Source: Hypanus sabinus (lineage: Eukaryota). Taken from it: a stretch of 64,000 bases of DNA. Position numbers and translations under genes: made by a program. This document shows, in pieces, positions 12,816-25,100 of the stretch. Position 1 is the stretch's first letter, and the number at the start of each line of letters is the position of its first letter. The notes below the pieces were generated by a model. It did not search any database. It was not told the origin of the DNA and saw only the letters and a program-made list of their open reading frames with translations. The stretch covers positions 372,001 through 436,000 of the forward strand of contig NW_026780602.1 of the NCBI RefSeq assembly GCF_030144855.1, read 5' to 3'.

Positions 12816-14769
12816 TCCATCAATGTTCATTGATGAACACTGTAGCACTACAACTGAAGTGATGGTTGTACTTGATTTATTTTCGGTAACGGAAAAGGTG
12901 ATTCATCATTCTAATACAAATAGTATAATTCGACAGATTTGGAATTTGTTTCAACACAGTTACGTCAGAACGTGAGTGTGGAAGGATCACACTGCTGTTA
13001 GCATCGTAAATGAAGCAGATATCCATTGTTGGGGATAAAGGTCAGGATCAGAATCAGGTTTATAACGACGGACATATGTCAACATTACATTGTTGTTATA
13101 TATTCTACCCCTCCGGAACCGAATGTTAAAATTGCATTTGCCTTCCGTTACCGCTGACTAAGCCTGGATGTAAACATTCAGGGAATATTGCTCAAGTTCA
13201 CTCTGCACCTCTGATTTCAGAAAACCTTCCCCGTTTAGAGAATTTTTTGTCCTTTCTTCCAAGGTGCATCACCGTTCCAAACGATGATTTATTTGACAAA
13301 TCTCCTCCCTTTCTCCTCAACTGTCTTTGATATTCAATGTGCTTCGAATCTTTTGAGTTATTTAACACATTGAAGTCAGGCTGCCTTTCTTTTATTCTCC
13401 TAACTTCCTTCTTTCAGAGTGGAGTGACAGACAATTCTCCAGTCATCAGGATCTTTTCTCGAATATCAAGTCGTCACTTTTATTGAAATTTCGACCATAA
13501 CTGCTGGTACAGTACATAGTAAAATAGTAAAACTTTTTCTGCACCTTGGTGGTACATAACACAGTACAAAAAACTAGAGTGAACGACATAAAAAGCAATA
13601 CAGAATAAAACTACACGAGACTACAGACCTACCCAGGACTGCATGAAGTACACAAAACAGTACAGGCATAACAATAAATAATAAACAAGACAGTAATAAT
13701 AAACAAGTCAGTCCAGGCTCTGTGTATTGGGGACTCTGATAGCTTGGGGGGGGGGGGGGAAGAAACTGTTACATCGTCTGGTCGTGAGATCCCGAATGCT
13801 CCGGTATCTTTTCCCCAATCGGCAGGAGGGAGAAAAGTTTGTAGGAGCGGTGCTTGTGGTCCTTCATAATGCTGTTTCCTTTGCGGATGCAGCGTGTCGT
13901 GTAAATGTCCGTAATGGCGGGAAGAGAGACCCCGATAATCTTCTCAGCTGACCTCACTATCCGCTGCAGGGTCTTGCGATCTTGAATGGTGCAGGTTCTG
14001 AACCAGGCAGTGATGCAGCTGCTCAGGATACTCTCAATACAACCCCTGTAGAATGCGATTAGATGGGGGTGTGGGAGATGGACTTTCCTCGGCCTTCGCA
14101 GAAAGTAGAGACGTTGCTGGGCTTTCTTTGCTATGGAGCTGTTGTGTATATATAATGATACGTGAAGGAGGGCCTACAGAATCTCGTCATTTACCACTTC
14201 CAGAACCCTTGTGTGTAGTCCAACTGGTCCCGATGACATCTAACTTCAGTCCTTTCAGCTCCATAAGCACCTTCTCCAGGTGATAACATCCACTCTCACT
14301 GATGCCCTCTGACACATGTTTCTCGGTGCCATTATGCTGGTGTCTTCCACAGAGCAGCCTGGCGCAAAATATTCATTCAGTTTGTCCCTTTACTTTTTCC
14401 CCCATTACTGCTTCTTCCGCGTCATTTTCCAGCTTTCTGATACCCACTCTCGCATCCCTTTTATTCTTCATGGTGTTTTCTCTATTATTAGCCATTTAGT
14501 TTTCTCCTCTCATCAAATGTTATTTGCGTTCTTCTGTATTTTAAAAGCATCCCAAACCTCTGGCTTCCCACTAATGCTGGCTATATTATAAACCCACATT
14601 TTTGTCTTTATTCTGTCATTACTTTCCAGTATTAGCCACTGTTGCCTCATCCTCCCCATCGAATATTTATTCTTGTTTGTGATGCATCTATTCTGCGCAT
14701 TTCCAATTGCCCCTAGAACACCAGCCCTGTGGATCTGCCGTTAGCCTTGCTGGTTCCCCTTTCTCATCG

Positions 14770-16491
14770 ACTTGACCAGCCCCAGACGGGACGCGAAGCC
14801 TAGCGGGACGACCCCGACCCTGGGAATAGCCTGTCCTTGCCGGTCTCCATCGCGTCTCAGGTTCTCCAATGGGGTCACACATCCCGGTTCACCTGCCACC
14901 CCGGGAGTGATCGGACCCTGGCTCTCCTGAGGAAGCACATTTGGTGGCCGTCCATAGAGGGGGCACCCGTTCTTTTTCCATCTGTGCCCGAGGAAAGGAC
15001 TCTCATCGACCACCCGCGGGTGTTCTTGGTCCTCTACCTGTACCTGGTCGTCCCCTGTCACACATCGCCCTAGACCGTCACCGGTCTACCACTTCCCGCG
15101 GAAACATAGCTGTCTTCATTGTGGTAGACCCATTCTCCAAGGAGGTGCACTTTGTGGCCCTCCCTAAACTGCCTTCCTCTCAAGAACCGCAGATCTTCTC
15201 GTCTTCCGCCTCCACGGAATCCCCGCGGACATCGTATCAGATCGAGGTCCCCGGTTCGTCTCGCAGGTATGGAGAGCCTTTTGTCAGGCCTTAGGTACAT
15301 CGGCCAGCCTGTCATCCGGCTTCCACCCTCAGTCGAGCAGGCAGACGGAACGGGTCAACTAAGACCTGGAGGCGACGTTACGTTGTGTAACGGCAAACAA
15401 CCCGTCGACCTGGAGCGACCACCTCCCGTGGGTTGAGTACGCCCACAACTCTCTGGTGAGCTCTGCCATTGGGAGGTCTCCGTTCGAGTACTCCCTTGGG
15501 TACCAACCCCCGCTGTTCCCCGCGCAAGAAGGGGAGACTGCGGCACCGTCGGTTCTGGACCATATTGATCGGTGCCGTAAGATTTCAGAGGAAACACGCA
15601 CAACCCTACTCAGATCGACAAATCGAAATACGAAGTGAGCCGACCGACACCGCACTCCGGCACCGGAGGTACCAACCTGGGCAGATGATGTGGCTTTCCT
15701 GCAAGGACATACCGCTCAAAAACGAACATAGGTAACTCGCCCCTCGCTTCCTGCGACCATTCAAGTTTGAAAGGATTATCAATCCCACAGCGGTCCGCCT
15801 AATGCTGCCAAGGTCCATAAGCATTCACCCAACTTGTCATGTTTCTCAGTTCAAGCCAGTTTCCGTCAGCGCCTTGTGTCCCCCTGCTGAGACTCCCACA
15901 CCTGCCCGTCTCATCGACAACCAAAAGGCATACACCGTCCGAAGACTACTGGACGTGTGCCGTCGGGGCCGGGGTCTCCAATACCCGGTGGACTGGGAGG
16001 GGTACGGTCCTGAAGATTGTTCCTGGGTCCCTTGCTCTTTCATCCTAGATCCTTCCCTCATCCAGGACTTTCATCGGAACCATCCAGACAGGCCTGGAGG
16101 ATCGCTGGAAGGCTCCTGTTGGTGGGGGTGGGGGTGGGGGTGTTGTATTGTCATGGTCCCTTCGGGCACCTGGCGATCTTCCTCAGGAATTGGGCCTCAA
16201 TCGCCTCGTTTAGTTCTCAATCATTTTCATTCTCCACTAAATACAAACACCTGCTTTCCATCAGCAAATGCATTATAAAAACCCTATGATCACAACTAGA
16301 AGGTGCCAGTTCGTTGGTCGACTCGTGTTTGAGTAACCTCACCCCATGGATCTTAGGACGATCAGTTCTAAGTCGAGCATCGTTCCTGAATTCTCTCCTA
16401 AAACCAAGACACCAGGTAAACACTAACTTGGCACCCATTCCACGCCCGTGTTCAGCACTTGGGTTCGTTCCACTGCCACGTCCTTGTAACA
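14770..16491 (+). mobile_element. Chromoviral Ty3/Gypsy 3' part: integrase, chromodomain, PPT and 3' LTR (16149-16491)
   Basis: [78 protein letters not shown]; G-rich PPT ~16121-16140; TGTCA...TGTAACA. Confidence 0.9.
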
Positions 16492-16665
16492 TTCTACCTA
16501 TACCCATATTCCAGGGAATAAAGTCCGAACTATTTAGTACTTGGTACTGAAAACGGAAAGGGATGGTGGGCAATATTTTTTGCTTAATGCTGTATTTCAG
16601 AGGAGGGCGGGGAGGGGTGCATCGGGTCATTGCTCAAGAGCGCAAAGCATTGAGCGCTTTGCTTG

Positions 16666-16738
16666 ATTTCTGTGGTGTAGTGGTTATCACATTCGCTTCA
16701 CACGCGAAAGGTCCCCAGTTCAATCCTGGGCAGAACCA
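16666..16738 (+). tRNA. tRNA-Val-CAC: tRNA-Val(CAC), acceptor-stem mismatches (possible pseudogene)
   Basis: ATTTCTGTGGTGTAGTGGTTATCACATTCGCTTCACACGCGAAAGGTCCCCAGTTCAATCCTGGGCAGAACCA; D, anticodon and T arms intact; pairs 1-72 and 2-71 mismatched. Confidence 0.75.
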
Positions 16739-17339
16739 TTGTTTGGGCTTCAGTGCTTCAAATGAACTTGAGACTCAACTTTTCGGTTTGTGTTCAAGTT
16801 TACTGTCATGGGCATGGAGGTGTAAATATAATGAACTTTCGCTTTTCTAGCAGTAGCGCAATGTATTTCAAACCTGGCAAAGGTAAATTAAAGAAAGAAG
16901 AATTAATAGAACTTATATATAATTTACGGGAGAACATAAACTGATTTAGACCTAAGGAGGTTCGTAGATAACGTACACTGCAACGTACACGGGAGAATTA
17001 GCCTTCGAACCTATTGCCATGTATTGTCGCATGAGGATGCATTGTGGTTTCAACGGAGCTCGCATCTCAAATGTTCCCATTCAGACAAACATCAGGAAGA
17101 ATAACCGTGTGCTGCAAAATTCCAAACCTACTTTAAAATGTTAAAACGCTTTCTCTTTCCTCCTCCTGTGTTCCACTCCTTCCTAGTCCCACCATACAGA
17201 CTCTCTGTTCAAATTACCCGGCACGTTCTCGCGCATTCAATCTCTCTGCTTTTCTTTGTTTTCTCTGTCGCGAGCAGCACCACATTCTGATGAAACATTC
17301 ATTTTAAAATTAACTTATAAAAAGGACATTTACATATCC

Positions 17340-17710
17340 TTTATGAGATTGTCTTAACTTTATTAGATACATCCTTCACACACACATGGAGCAAAAATCC
17401 TTACGTTATGTCTCAGTCTAAATGTACAATGCGCAAATTTGTAGTAATTTATAATAAATATATGTACAACTGTATAGTCAATATAACATTGACATACAGT
17501 TGTGCCAGCATGAATTCAGCAGTCAGATGTCCTGGTGGAAGAAGCGGTCCTGGAGCCCGTTGGTCCTAGCTTTTATGCTGCGCTACATTTTCCCGGATGG
17601 TAAAATCTGGAAGAGTTTGTGATTGTGGTGACTCGGGTCTCGAATGGTCTTTCGGACGCTTTATACACATTTGTCTCTATAAATGTCCTGAACAGTGAGA
17701 AGTACACATC
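17340..17710 (-). mobile_element. Rex1/Babar-type LINE 3' fragment
   Basis: gcagtcagatgtcctggtggaagaagc.. is the reverse complement of the SFFxxxIRLLN-type C-terminus plus 3'UTR. Confidence 0.5.
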
Positions 17711-17744
17711 TTTTGATGTGAAGGACTGTTTCTGTTCATTGACG

Positions 17745-18142
17745 GGAAGCGATCGCGATGGAAAATAAAGTGGAAATAATAAAGCCTTTGGAAATAGCGG
17801 AAACGCCATCGGCCATTGGAAAAACGTTCGGCTGGAGTCGGTCCACAATCGTAACAATTTTAAAGGATAACAGATAAAGTAAGAATGATGTAGCATGTGA
17901 AAGGCCCTGCCCCAATGAAAGCTACAATTATTACTAAGCAACGCAATGATTTTATTATTGGTATACATACCTTTCTTAAGTATTTTATATGCATAGAAAG
18001 GTAAAATATATACTATATACTAAGACAAACGTTTGACTAACTGACGCTAAATAATATCGGATGTAATTGTTCCGACGTACGTACAAATCCGACTTAAAGA
18101 CTGGCTTGGAACGGAAAACGTACGTAACCCGGGGAGTACCTG
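17745..18142 (+). mobile_element. Tigger/pogo (TcMar) DNA transposon, internally deleted
   Basis: CENP-B-type HTH remnant (MENKVEIIK..ETPSAIGK..SRSTIVTILKD) and right TIR ...CGTAACCCGGGGAGTACCTG. Confidence 0.7.
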
Positions 18143-18145
18143 TTA

Positions 18146-18210
18146 TAATGATGATGATGATGATGTTAATGATGATGATAACAGTAATAATAATAATCAT
18201 CATCATAATA
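18146..18210. repeat. (ATG)n/(ATA)n/(CAT)n compound microsatellite
   Basis: Direct reading. Confidence 0.9.
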
Positions 18211-18268
18211 CTTTAGTGATCCCGAATGGGAAATCCTTTCGTTAGAGTAGTAAATTTTAAAGACACAC

Positions 18269-18612
18269 TGCGGAAGAATTTAAGACTCTTTGGATATGTT
18301 GGGGTTGTGAATGCGCCTGAGATTGAGCTAAAATCAGCAAGAAAGAAGTGGTAGCGCCGGGTAGAAAGCAATCAAAATGTTGTAATCTAGTTCTAAGTTG
18401 AAAGTCAAGCAATGTTCTTCTTAAGTGCTTTTAGTTACACACGCTGTATCTATATAATGAAACGCGTCTACAAGCTAAGCAGAGCCCCTAAACACCGCAC
18501 TCAGGTGCAGTGGCTCTCTGTAATATCGTATAATGAAGTTCTTTAGTCTGAAACAATTCTCTGAGTCGGCCTGATTTGTTCTGTCTGCCGCGCCAGAGAT
18601 TTTTCCGCAACA
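18269..18612 (+). repeat. ERV 5' LTR
   Basis: TGCGGAAGAATTTAAGAC...TTCCGCAACA, with TGCGGAA/TTCCGCA inverted ends; homologous to 25266-25682. Confidence 0.85.
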
Positions 18613-18615
18613 TAT

Positions 18616-18633
18616 TAGCAACGAGGATGGGAT
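18616..18633 (+). promoter_or_regulatory. ERV primer-binding site, tRNA-Ser(GCT)
   Basis: TAGCAACGAGGATGGGAT vs TGGCGACGAGGATGGGAT (complement of the vertebrate tRNA-Ser-GCT 3' end as I recall it), 16/18. Confidence 0.8.
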
Positions 18634-18899
18634 CCTCTATCGAGTCTCCTCGGTGAAAGGAGGAGGCGAGAAGAGCAGGATCCAGAAAAGGAACCCTAAG
18701 CGGAAAAGGAGAAGCAAGACAGAAAGGATCGTGCCAAGTTGGGAAGGAAATTCTGTCTCCTAGCTGAAAGTGGGAGGCTGGTGCCCTGCGTTCTAGCCGA
18801 AAGAGGGACGGCAAGGGGTACTCGTATGGGTACCAAGGTAGCTACGGATTAATTCCATAACTGAACTCAAAGACCCGTGGAAAGGCAGAGGAAACACAC

Positions 18900-19640
18900 C
18901 GGTGAGCGCTCTCGGTAAGATTCCGTGTGAAATAATACGAGCGCTCGGTATAGTTACTCAATGTTGCAGAACGGCTGGGAAAGCAAGGAAAGACCTTGAA
19001 AGCAAGAAAGAAAGTGGAAAAATGAATGAAGACTGTTAAAAAGAACCGCCGGTAGGTAAGAAACACTCTGGTGCCACCATGGTCGCCAGTGGACACCATA
19101 GTAAGAGGAACTTGGGATAACGCGTAGGCTACAACCTTTATCAGTGTTCTCTATGGGTGGTCTCAAGGACACTGGCTCTATGGGGGCAGATTTAAGATCC
19201 CCCAATTCAGACATGGTGGAATGTAGTGATTAACGGGAATGGGGACATTAATTGGGATTTTGAGAACATGATGGGATGTTTTGAAAAATGGATGAAGGTG
19301 GCCAAGAAGCACTAACCCACCCAAACTGAAAGATAAGGAGAAGCAGGGGCAGGAGCTGTCGGAGGACGGGAGTTAGACGTTAATGCAGGGGTTGGAAGGG
19401 ATGGGGCGACTCAATCTAAAATAAGCACGTGCTTGAGAACGCGCCGTGGCGGGGAATCTCAGCCATTGCCGGACTCGCAGATACAGCAGGCGACAAAAAT
19501 CATGATTGGAGCCGTACCCATACTCAAACCCTGGACTCCCTCTGAGGCCCGGGATATTGTTGTTGAAGCCCCTAACCCGTTAAAAAGGCCGCCTGCATTC
19601 CTCAGTTGGGTAGAACAAATGTGCGAGATTTACATCCATG
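18900..19640 (+). pseudogene. gag: ERV gag remnant
   Basis: KPWTPSEARDIVVEAPNPLKRPPAFLSWVEQMCEIY, capsid-like; position between PBS and pol. Confidence 0.6.
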
Positions 19641-20665
19641 GAACCATAGAACCAGAGAACAGTACCGCACAGAATCAGTCCTTTTGGCCCTTCTTGGCTG
19701 TGCCGAAACATTTTTCTGCCTACTCCCACTGCCCTGCACCTAGACCATATCCTTCCATGCACCTTTACGTTTTTCTTAAATGTTAAAAGAGAGCCTGCAT
19801 TTATCACTTCATTTGGAAGCTCAATCCACACCCTCACCACTCTCTGTGTGAAGAAGCCTCCCTCCAATGTTCCCTTTAACCTTTTCCCCTTTAACCCTTA
19901 ACCCATTTTCTCTGTTTTTCTCTCTCTCTCCCCTGGCCTTAGTGGAGAAAGCCTGCTTGCATTCACTCCATCTATACCCATTATAATTTTATACACCTCT
20001 ATAAATTTGCCCTCATTCTTCCACGCTCCAGGAAATGAAGTCCTAACTTATTCATCTTTTCTCTGTAACTCATTTTCTCAAGTCCCGACAACAGCCTTGT
20101 ATTCCTTCTCTGCACTCTTTCAATCTAATTAATAGCCTTCCTGTAATTAGGTTACCAAACCTGCACACAATTCTCCAAATTCGGCCCCACCAGTGTCTTA
20201 TACAATCTCAACATTATATTACAACTCTAATTCTCAGTACTTTGAGTTATAAAGGTCAATGTGCCAGAGGATGTCTGGAGAACCCTATCTACCTGTGACG
20301 CCACTTGTCCGGAATTATGCAACTGTATTCCCAGATTACCCTGCTCTACTGCACCCCATCAGTGTCCTACCATTTAGCTTGCATGTTCACCTTGGTTTGT
20401 CCTTCCTCACACTTGCCATACCTCACACAAGAGCAATACATCACACTTTCCTGCATTAAACTCCATCTGCCATTTGTCAGCCCATATTTCCAGCTGGTCC
20501 AATTCCCTCTGCAAGCTTTGAAAACCTTCGTCACTGTTCACTACATCTTCAATCTTTGTATCATTAGCAAATTTGCTGATCTAATTTACCACATTGTCAT
20601 CCAGATCATTGATATAATTGACAAATAACAATGGACCCAGCACTGATCCCTGCGGCACCCTTTGT
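19640..20665 (-). mobile_element. CR1 LINE 3' ~1 kb nested in the ERV
   Basis: Minus strand FFTQRVVRVWIELP..AGSLLTFKK C-terminus, VPQGSVLGP at ~20630-20660, and TTCTATGG-type tail at ~19640. Confidence 0.85.
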
Positions 20666-20669
20666 CAGG

Positions 20670-23600
20670 AGACTTACGAATTCTGTTGAGATGAGCTTAT
20701 GGTAGCTCTTGGGTGGCCCTAAAAGAAACCTGACAGTTCCCACTTGGAGAGAATGAGGATTGGCGGACCGATGATGTGCAGGTACCCCCGGGAAATGAAT
20801 CACAAGTGCATTGAACGCATTGAAGCCTTGTGGTACTTGCTGCAGGTAGTGCAGTATTGCTCCCGATCGCACTCTACTGCCTGGTATACTGGAGAAGATG
20901 TCCCGGAGTACAGGAAAAGGGCATTTACTTCTGAGGGTCAGAAAAGCGAAATATACCCGCAACCTTATCTTCGCTTTGGAAAAGAAGGGTTGGGTATTCC
21001 GGTAAACCTAACTGAAGGACAGCGGGCCCCTGTCTCTTCAGGAGACAGATTCAGTTCCTCATTTAACCATTGCTATACGCTCGCCGTACCACGCTAAACA
21101 GACAGGTCCAATGATAAAACGATTGCAATCAGCAACATTTCCGGTATTTCCTACTTGTCGGGAGCCCACGTTCCTTTTCAGCAAAGTTCCAAAGACAGCA
21201 GCCGCCCGAAACACCAAGTCCGGCCGCTCCTCTGGCATTAAAAGCAATATACGCAAAACTATGGGCTCGACACGGGACGCATGTGGGCAGGGTACTCAAT
21301 GCAAGGGATCACTCTGTCACACTGAAGAAGAATGCAGTCTTACCATGTATCAGGCAATACCGACTTGCCCCTGAGGCAGAAAAGCACATAGTCCCTGTGA
21401 TTGATTCACTGCTCCAACAAGGGGTTCTTAACCTACCGTGAGCCACTGTAACATTCCAATACTGCCCATACCTAAAGTCAGTCGAACCAATGAGTGGCTC
21501 TTCGTGCAAGGCTTAAGAGCTGTCAATAATATCGTGATTCCAATAGTTCCAGTGGTACCTGATATCAATATGATTCTCCCGTCCTTTCCCGCCGGTGCTG
21601 AAGTTTATACGGTGGTGAACCTGTGCTCCGCCTTTTTCTCCATCCCCCTCCATCCAAACGGCCAATATCTGTATATTTTTACTTATAAAGGACAGCAAAA
21701 TACTTGGACTCTATTACCACCCGGGGTAAAACGAAAGTGCAGCCCTGTATGCAGCAAATGTTACGTACAATTCGGACGAATGTCTAGGAGGGGAATCTAC
21801 TTTGCTACAATATGCTTATGATCTCTTAGTAGCGTCTTCTGGTCTATCAGTCTGCTTAAAAGACCCGATAGCTTTGCACCTGTTTCTAGCCGCTCGCAGA
21901 CATCGCATGTTACGATCGGAGCAACAATTCTGCCAGTCGCTGGTGCAATACCTTCTTCTCCGCTTGAAGACAAAGTTCGAGAGATAGGGCCGGACTGAAT
22001 AACGGCTATCTTGCGAATACCGCCGCCTAAGATGAAGAAGGAAGACCTTTCCTTCCTGGGAATGGTCGGCTACTGCCGTCAGTGGATCCACGATTGCCGT
22101 CTACATGATGTCGCCCTCCGCGCCGCAGCTGCCAAGAATGCAACCGGGCGAGTCATCTCATCGGCCAAAAGACGACGTAGTGTCAGTAGGTTACACCATA
22201 GCCGATATATACCAGACACAGGAAGCCTATGCACTGACGCCAGGAACCATAGTTGATCTATACCAGACAGAGGAAGCCTATGTACTGACCCCGGGAACCA
22301 TAGTTGATCTATTCCAGACAGAGGGAGCCTATGTACTGACCCCGGGAACCATAGTTGATCTATTCCAGACAGAGGGAGCCTATGCACTGCCCCCAGGAAC
22401 TTCTGCGCAGGCAGCCGAACATGTTGCACTCACCCTAGCTTGTATATTGGCCAGGAATTGGGACTCCCGATACGCCTTTGTGATGGTGCATGATTTTGGG
22501 CAAATATGGAAAAATAGGGGTTTCATAATCTCAGTGGGGAAGTGCATAAAACATTCACGACTAGTATTGAATCTTCTCGAAGCTATTCAACTGTCTTAGC
22601 AGCTAGAAATGATCAAATCTGGAGTCACACACCAATGCTGCAGATGAATTTTCCCAGGAAAATGACCGACCAGACCAAGCCGCAACGAAGTTCGTTTTAA
22701 CTCAACATCCTATTTCTCAAGGCCTTCGCGAATCGTACCCCACGCCTCTCTCTGCCCGAGAGCCCTCTGAGCTTCAGGTAACACAGTAGAATTTTGGGCC
22801 ACAGGAAATGGAGGCATGGCAAAAGGCGCACTGACACTATAAAGATGGTTGTGGGTTCCACCCCGACGGGAGGGTGGTGTGTCCTCGAAGCTTGTTTTTG
22901 CCCCCGTGCCGCCTGGCGCATGCCCAGGCCAATATGGGTAAAGGAGGGATGCAGCATGTAATCGATCATCAGTGGTACGCACCCGGATAACACCTACAAT
23001 ACAGGAAATTACCCGTGCGTGAATCATTTGCCAGGGCAATGATCAGGGCAAATCGCCGGAGAAATTCTAACATCTCCCGATGCCTAAAATGCCGTTTGAA
23101 ATTTTGCAAATTGATTTCCTTCATGTGCCACCGCCGTCGGGGTATAAATACATGCCAGTGATAGTTGACATGTTCACTCAATGGGTGGAGGCCTATCCCA
23201 CACGAAAGGATGATGTTCGAACAGTGGTAAAAATATTATGGAGAGAATTAATACCCCGGTACGGAATACACATGCGAATAAACAGTGATAGGGGAACACA
23301 CTTCACGGGTCAAATGGTGAATGATTTGGTGCGGGCCTTGGGGTTCCAATGGAAATTCCATATCCCATATCAGCCTCCATCCTCAGGGATAGTCGAAAGG
23401 ACGAATGGGGAACTGAAAGTAGCCCTGTTTAAAGTGCACCAGGACAATCAGCTATCCGGGCCAGAGGCACTCTCTATAGTGTTATGCGGAACAGGAAAAA
23501 TAGGGCCACTGGAATTCTTATGGGGCGCCCCATGAACTACTGTCATTCGACCCCCGGTTACCACTGAGAGACTGGCCCTGATCTGGAACAATTAACAAAC

Positions 23601-23850
23601 CCCAGCGCATGCCCAAGCATTGGGCAAAACAGCCACCAAGCTGCATGAGACAGTGAGACAGGCGCAGAACCCTCTGGGAAGCGAGAACCTGCATCATTTC
23701 CAACCCGGTAATAGGGTGTATGTAAAGGAGCTGAAAAAGCGTTCTCTTTCTTCTAGGTGTAAGCGCCCTTACACAGTGCTGATAATAACCGGAACCGCGG
23801 GGAAAGTTGAAGGAAACGGAGAATGGATTCACGCTACTAGGTGCACTGCA
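20670..23850 (+). pseudogene. pol: ERV pol remnant (PR end, 2H phosphoesterase, RT, RNase H, integrase)
   Basis: SHCNIPILPIPK..VQGLRAVN, VVNLCSAFFSIPLHP, LQYAYDLLVA (YxDD degenerate), SFLGMVGYCRQWI, SAQAAE..DSRYAF..VHDFG..WKNRGF, PFEILQIDF..IVDMFTQWVEAYPT..SDRGTHFTG..SSGIVERTNG. Confidence 0.92.
22195..22398 (+). repeat. 51-bp in-frame tandem repeat x4 in ERV RNase H
   Basis: Encodes TI(A/V)D(I/L)(Y/F)QT(Q/E)(E/G)AY(A/V)L(T/P)PG four times. Confidence 0.95.
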
Positions 23851-23859
23851 CCAGGAGTT

Positions 23860-25100
23860 GGAAGACAAGAAAGCATGCAGCTGAACAAGCCATTTGCTGT
23901 TATGGGGACTGATACTGCGGGGAGTCAGTGTGGCCTTGTCCAGAAATACCTTTTTGTCACTTATTCCAGTCATTAAGGTGAAGAGTTGGACTCTTGTTGG
24001 GTGATTGTAAAAATTCCTCAGCATGTCGCCCAGGGAATGTCCGTGGAAGGGGTCCCCATGAGCGGAAGCGAAATGCTTTCTGTGTAACTTACGAAGCTAT
24101 TTAACACATCCTATTCCAGCTTTAGAACGAGATTGGCAGAAGGACTGTGATGTCAGTGAAGTGGATTGTGGATGTCCCTGCTTCAAAGGATGGTACCTCT
24201 TTTTCCCAACGGAGGGAAAAAAGGATGCGCTCCTTCGAGTTAGTAAATACACAGAAAACTGTAAGTGGAAATTATTATAATACGACAAGGGGAATAGGGG
24301 CATTTTGGTGTAATAGTTCTTGTACTGAATGGAAGGTGGGTCCTACTCCGCCTAGTCTAATGGGTCTTACTGGGTATGTGTGGAAAGAGTTTTTCCATGG
24401 CTTCCAAGGCCGCCAGGCGAAAGTGAGAATGTATCCCCAGGAAATTGGACGGGCTGTTGTTATCTGGTCTATATAGTGCCCTCCATGCATCCTATGAATG
24501 ATATGTCGCAACACCTTTATTTAAGGCTATGTAAGAGAGGGTAACGAAAAGTGAAAGGTTTTGGACGACAGCATTTCCCTCATATGGTATTGCCCGAAAT
24601 TCGCGATAAATTATTATTATTATGGCAACCACTCTACAGGTATTGGACGATGGCACTGCCGATGCCCTAACTGACGTGCAGACGTCAGTGAAAGACATAA
24701 CAACAGAGGTAGTTGCCCTTAGAATGGTAGCCTCGCAAAATAGAATGGCCCTGGACATGTTATGAGCCGTAAAAGGGGGGACATGCGCCGTGGTAGGGCA
24801 GGAATTTTGTTCTTACATTCCCGATGCTTCAGGAAACATAACTGACCTTAGTGAACACATAAGGGGAAAGATTAAGGAGATTACGAAGATAGAGAAACAG
24901 ATTAAGAATTTTGGTTCAGGAACGAAATGGTGAGAAATAATAGAGGAATGGTTTTCTGACTGGGGAAGCTGGATTGCCCATGGGATAATTCTAGTAGTAA
25001 TAATATGTGTTTTAGGATGCTGTGTATGTGGAGTATTACTATTGTACTGTGACCAGTCAATAAAAAGAGCCTTATTCGGAACTGAATATGACCCTGTGTT
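23860..25100 (+). pseudogene. env: ERV env remnant (gamma-type TM)
   Basis: EVVALRMVASQNRMALDML*AVKGGTCAVVGQEFCSYIPD (immunosuppressive domain and CX6CC-like motif, 24736-24810) and hydrophobic WIAHGIILVVIICVLGCCVC; in-frame stops. Confidence 0.88.

Larger units (their letters stand above)
9985..14690. repeat. Segmental/tandem duplication copy B
   Basis: Collinear with 3030-8100; lacks ~3145-3380 and ~3550-3640 of copy A. Confidence 0.9.

Noticed and set aside
17985-18206. Hydrophobic poly-Ile ORF
   Set aside because: Translation of a trinucleotide microsatellite
6164-18633. Local tRNA-Ser genes as the primer source for the adjacent Ser-primed ERV
   Set aside because: Local genes are Ser(TGA) with a different 3' end; the PBS matches Ser(GCT)
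18616-25000. APOBEC-type G>A hypermutation of the ERV (two G>A in the PBS, TGG>TGA in env)
   Set aside because: Too few sites; one is explained by CpG decay, and no consensus is available for comparison
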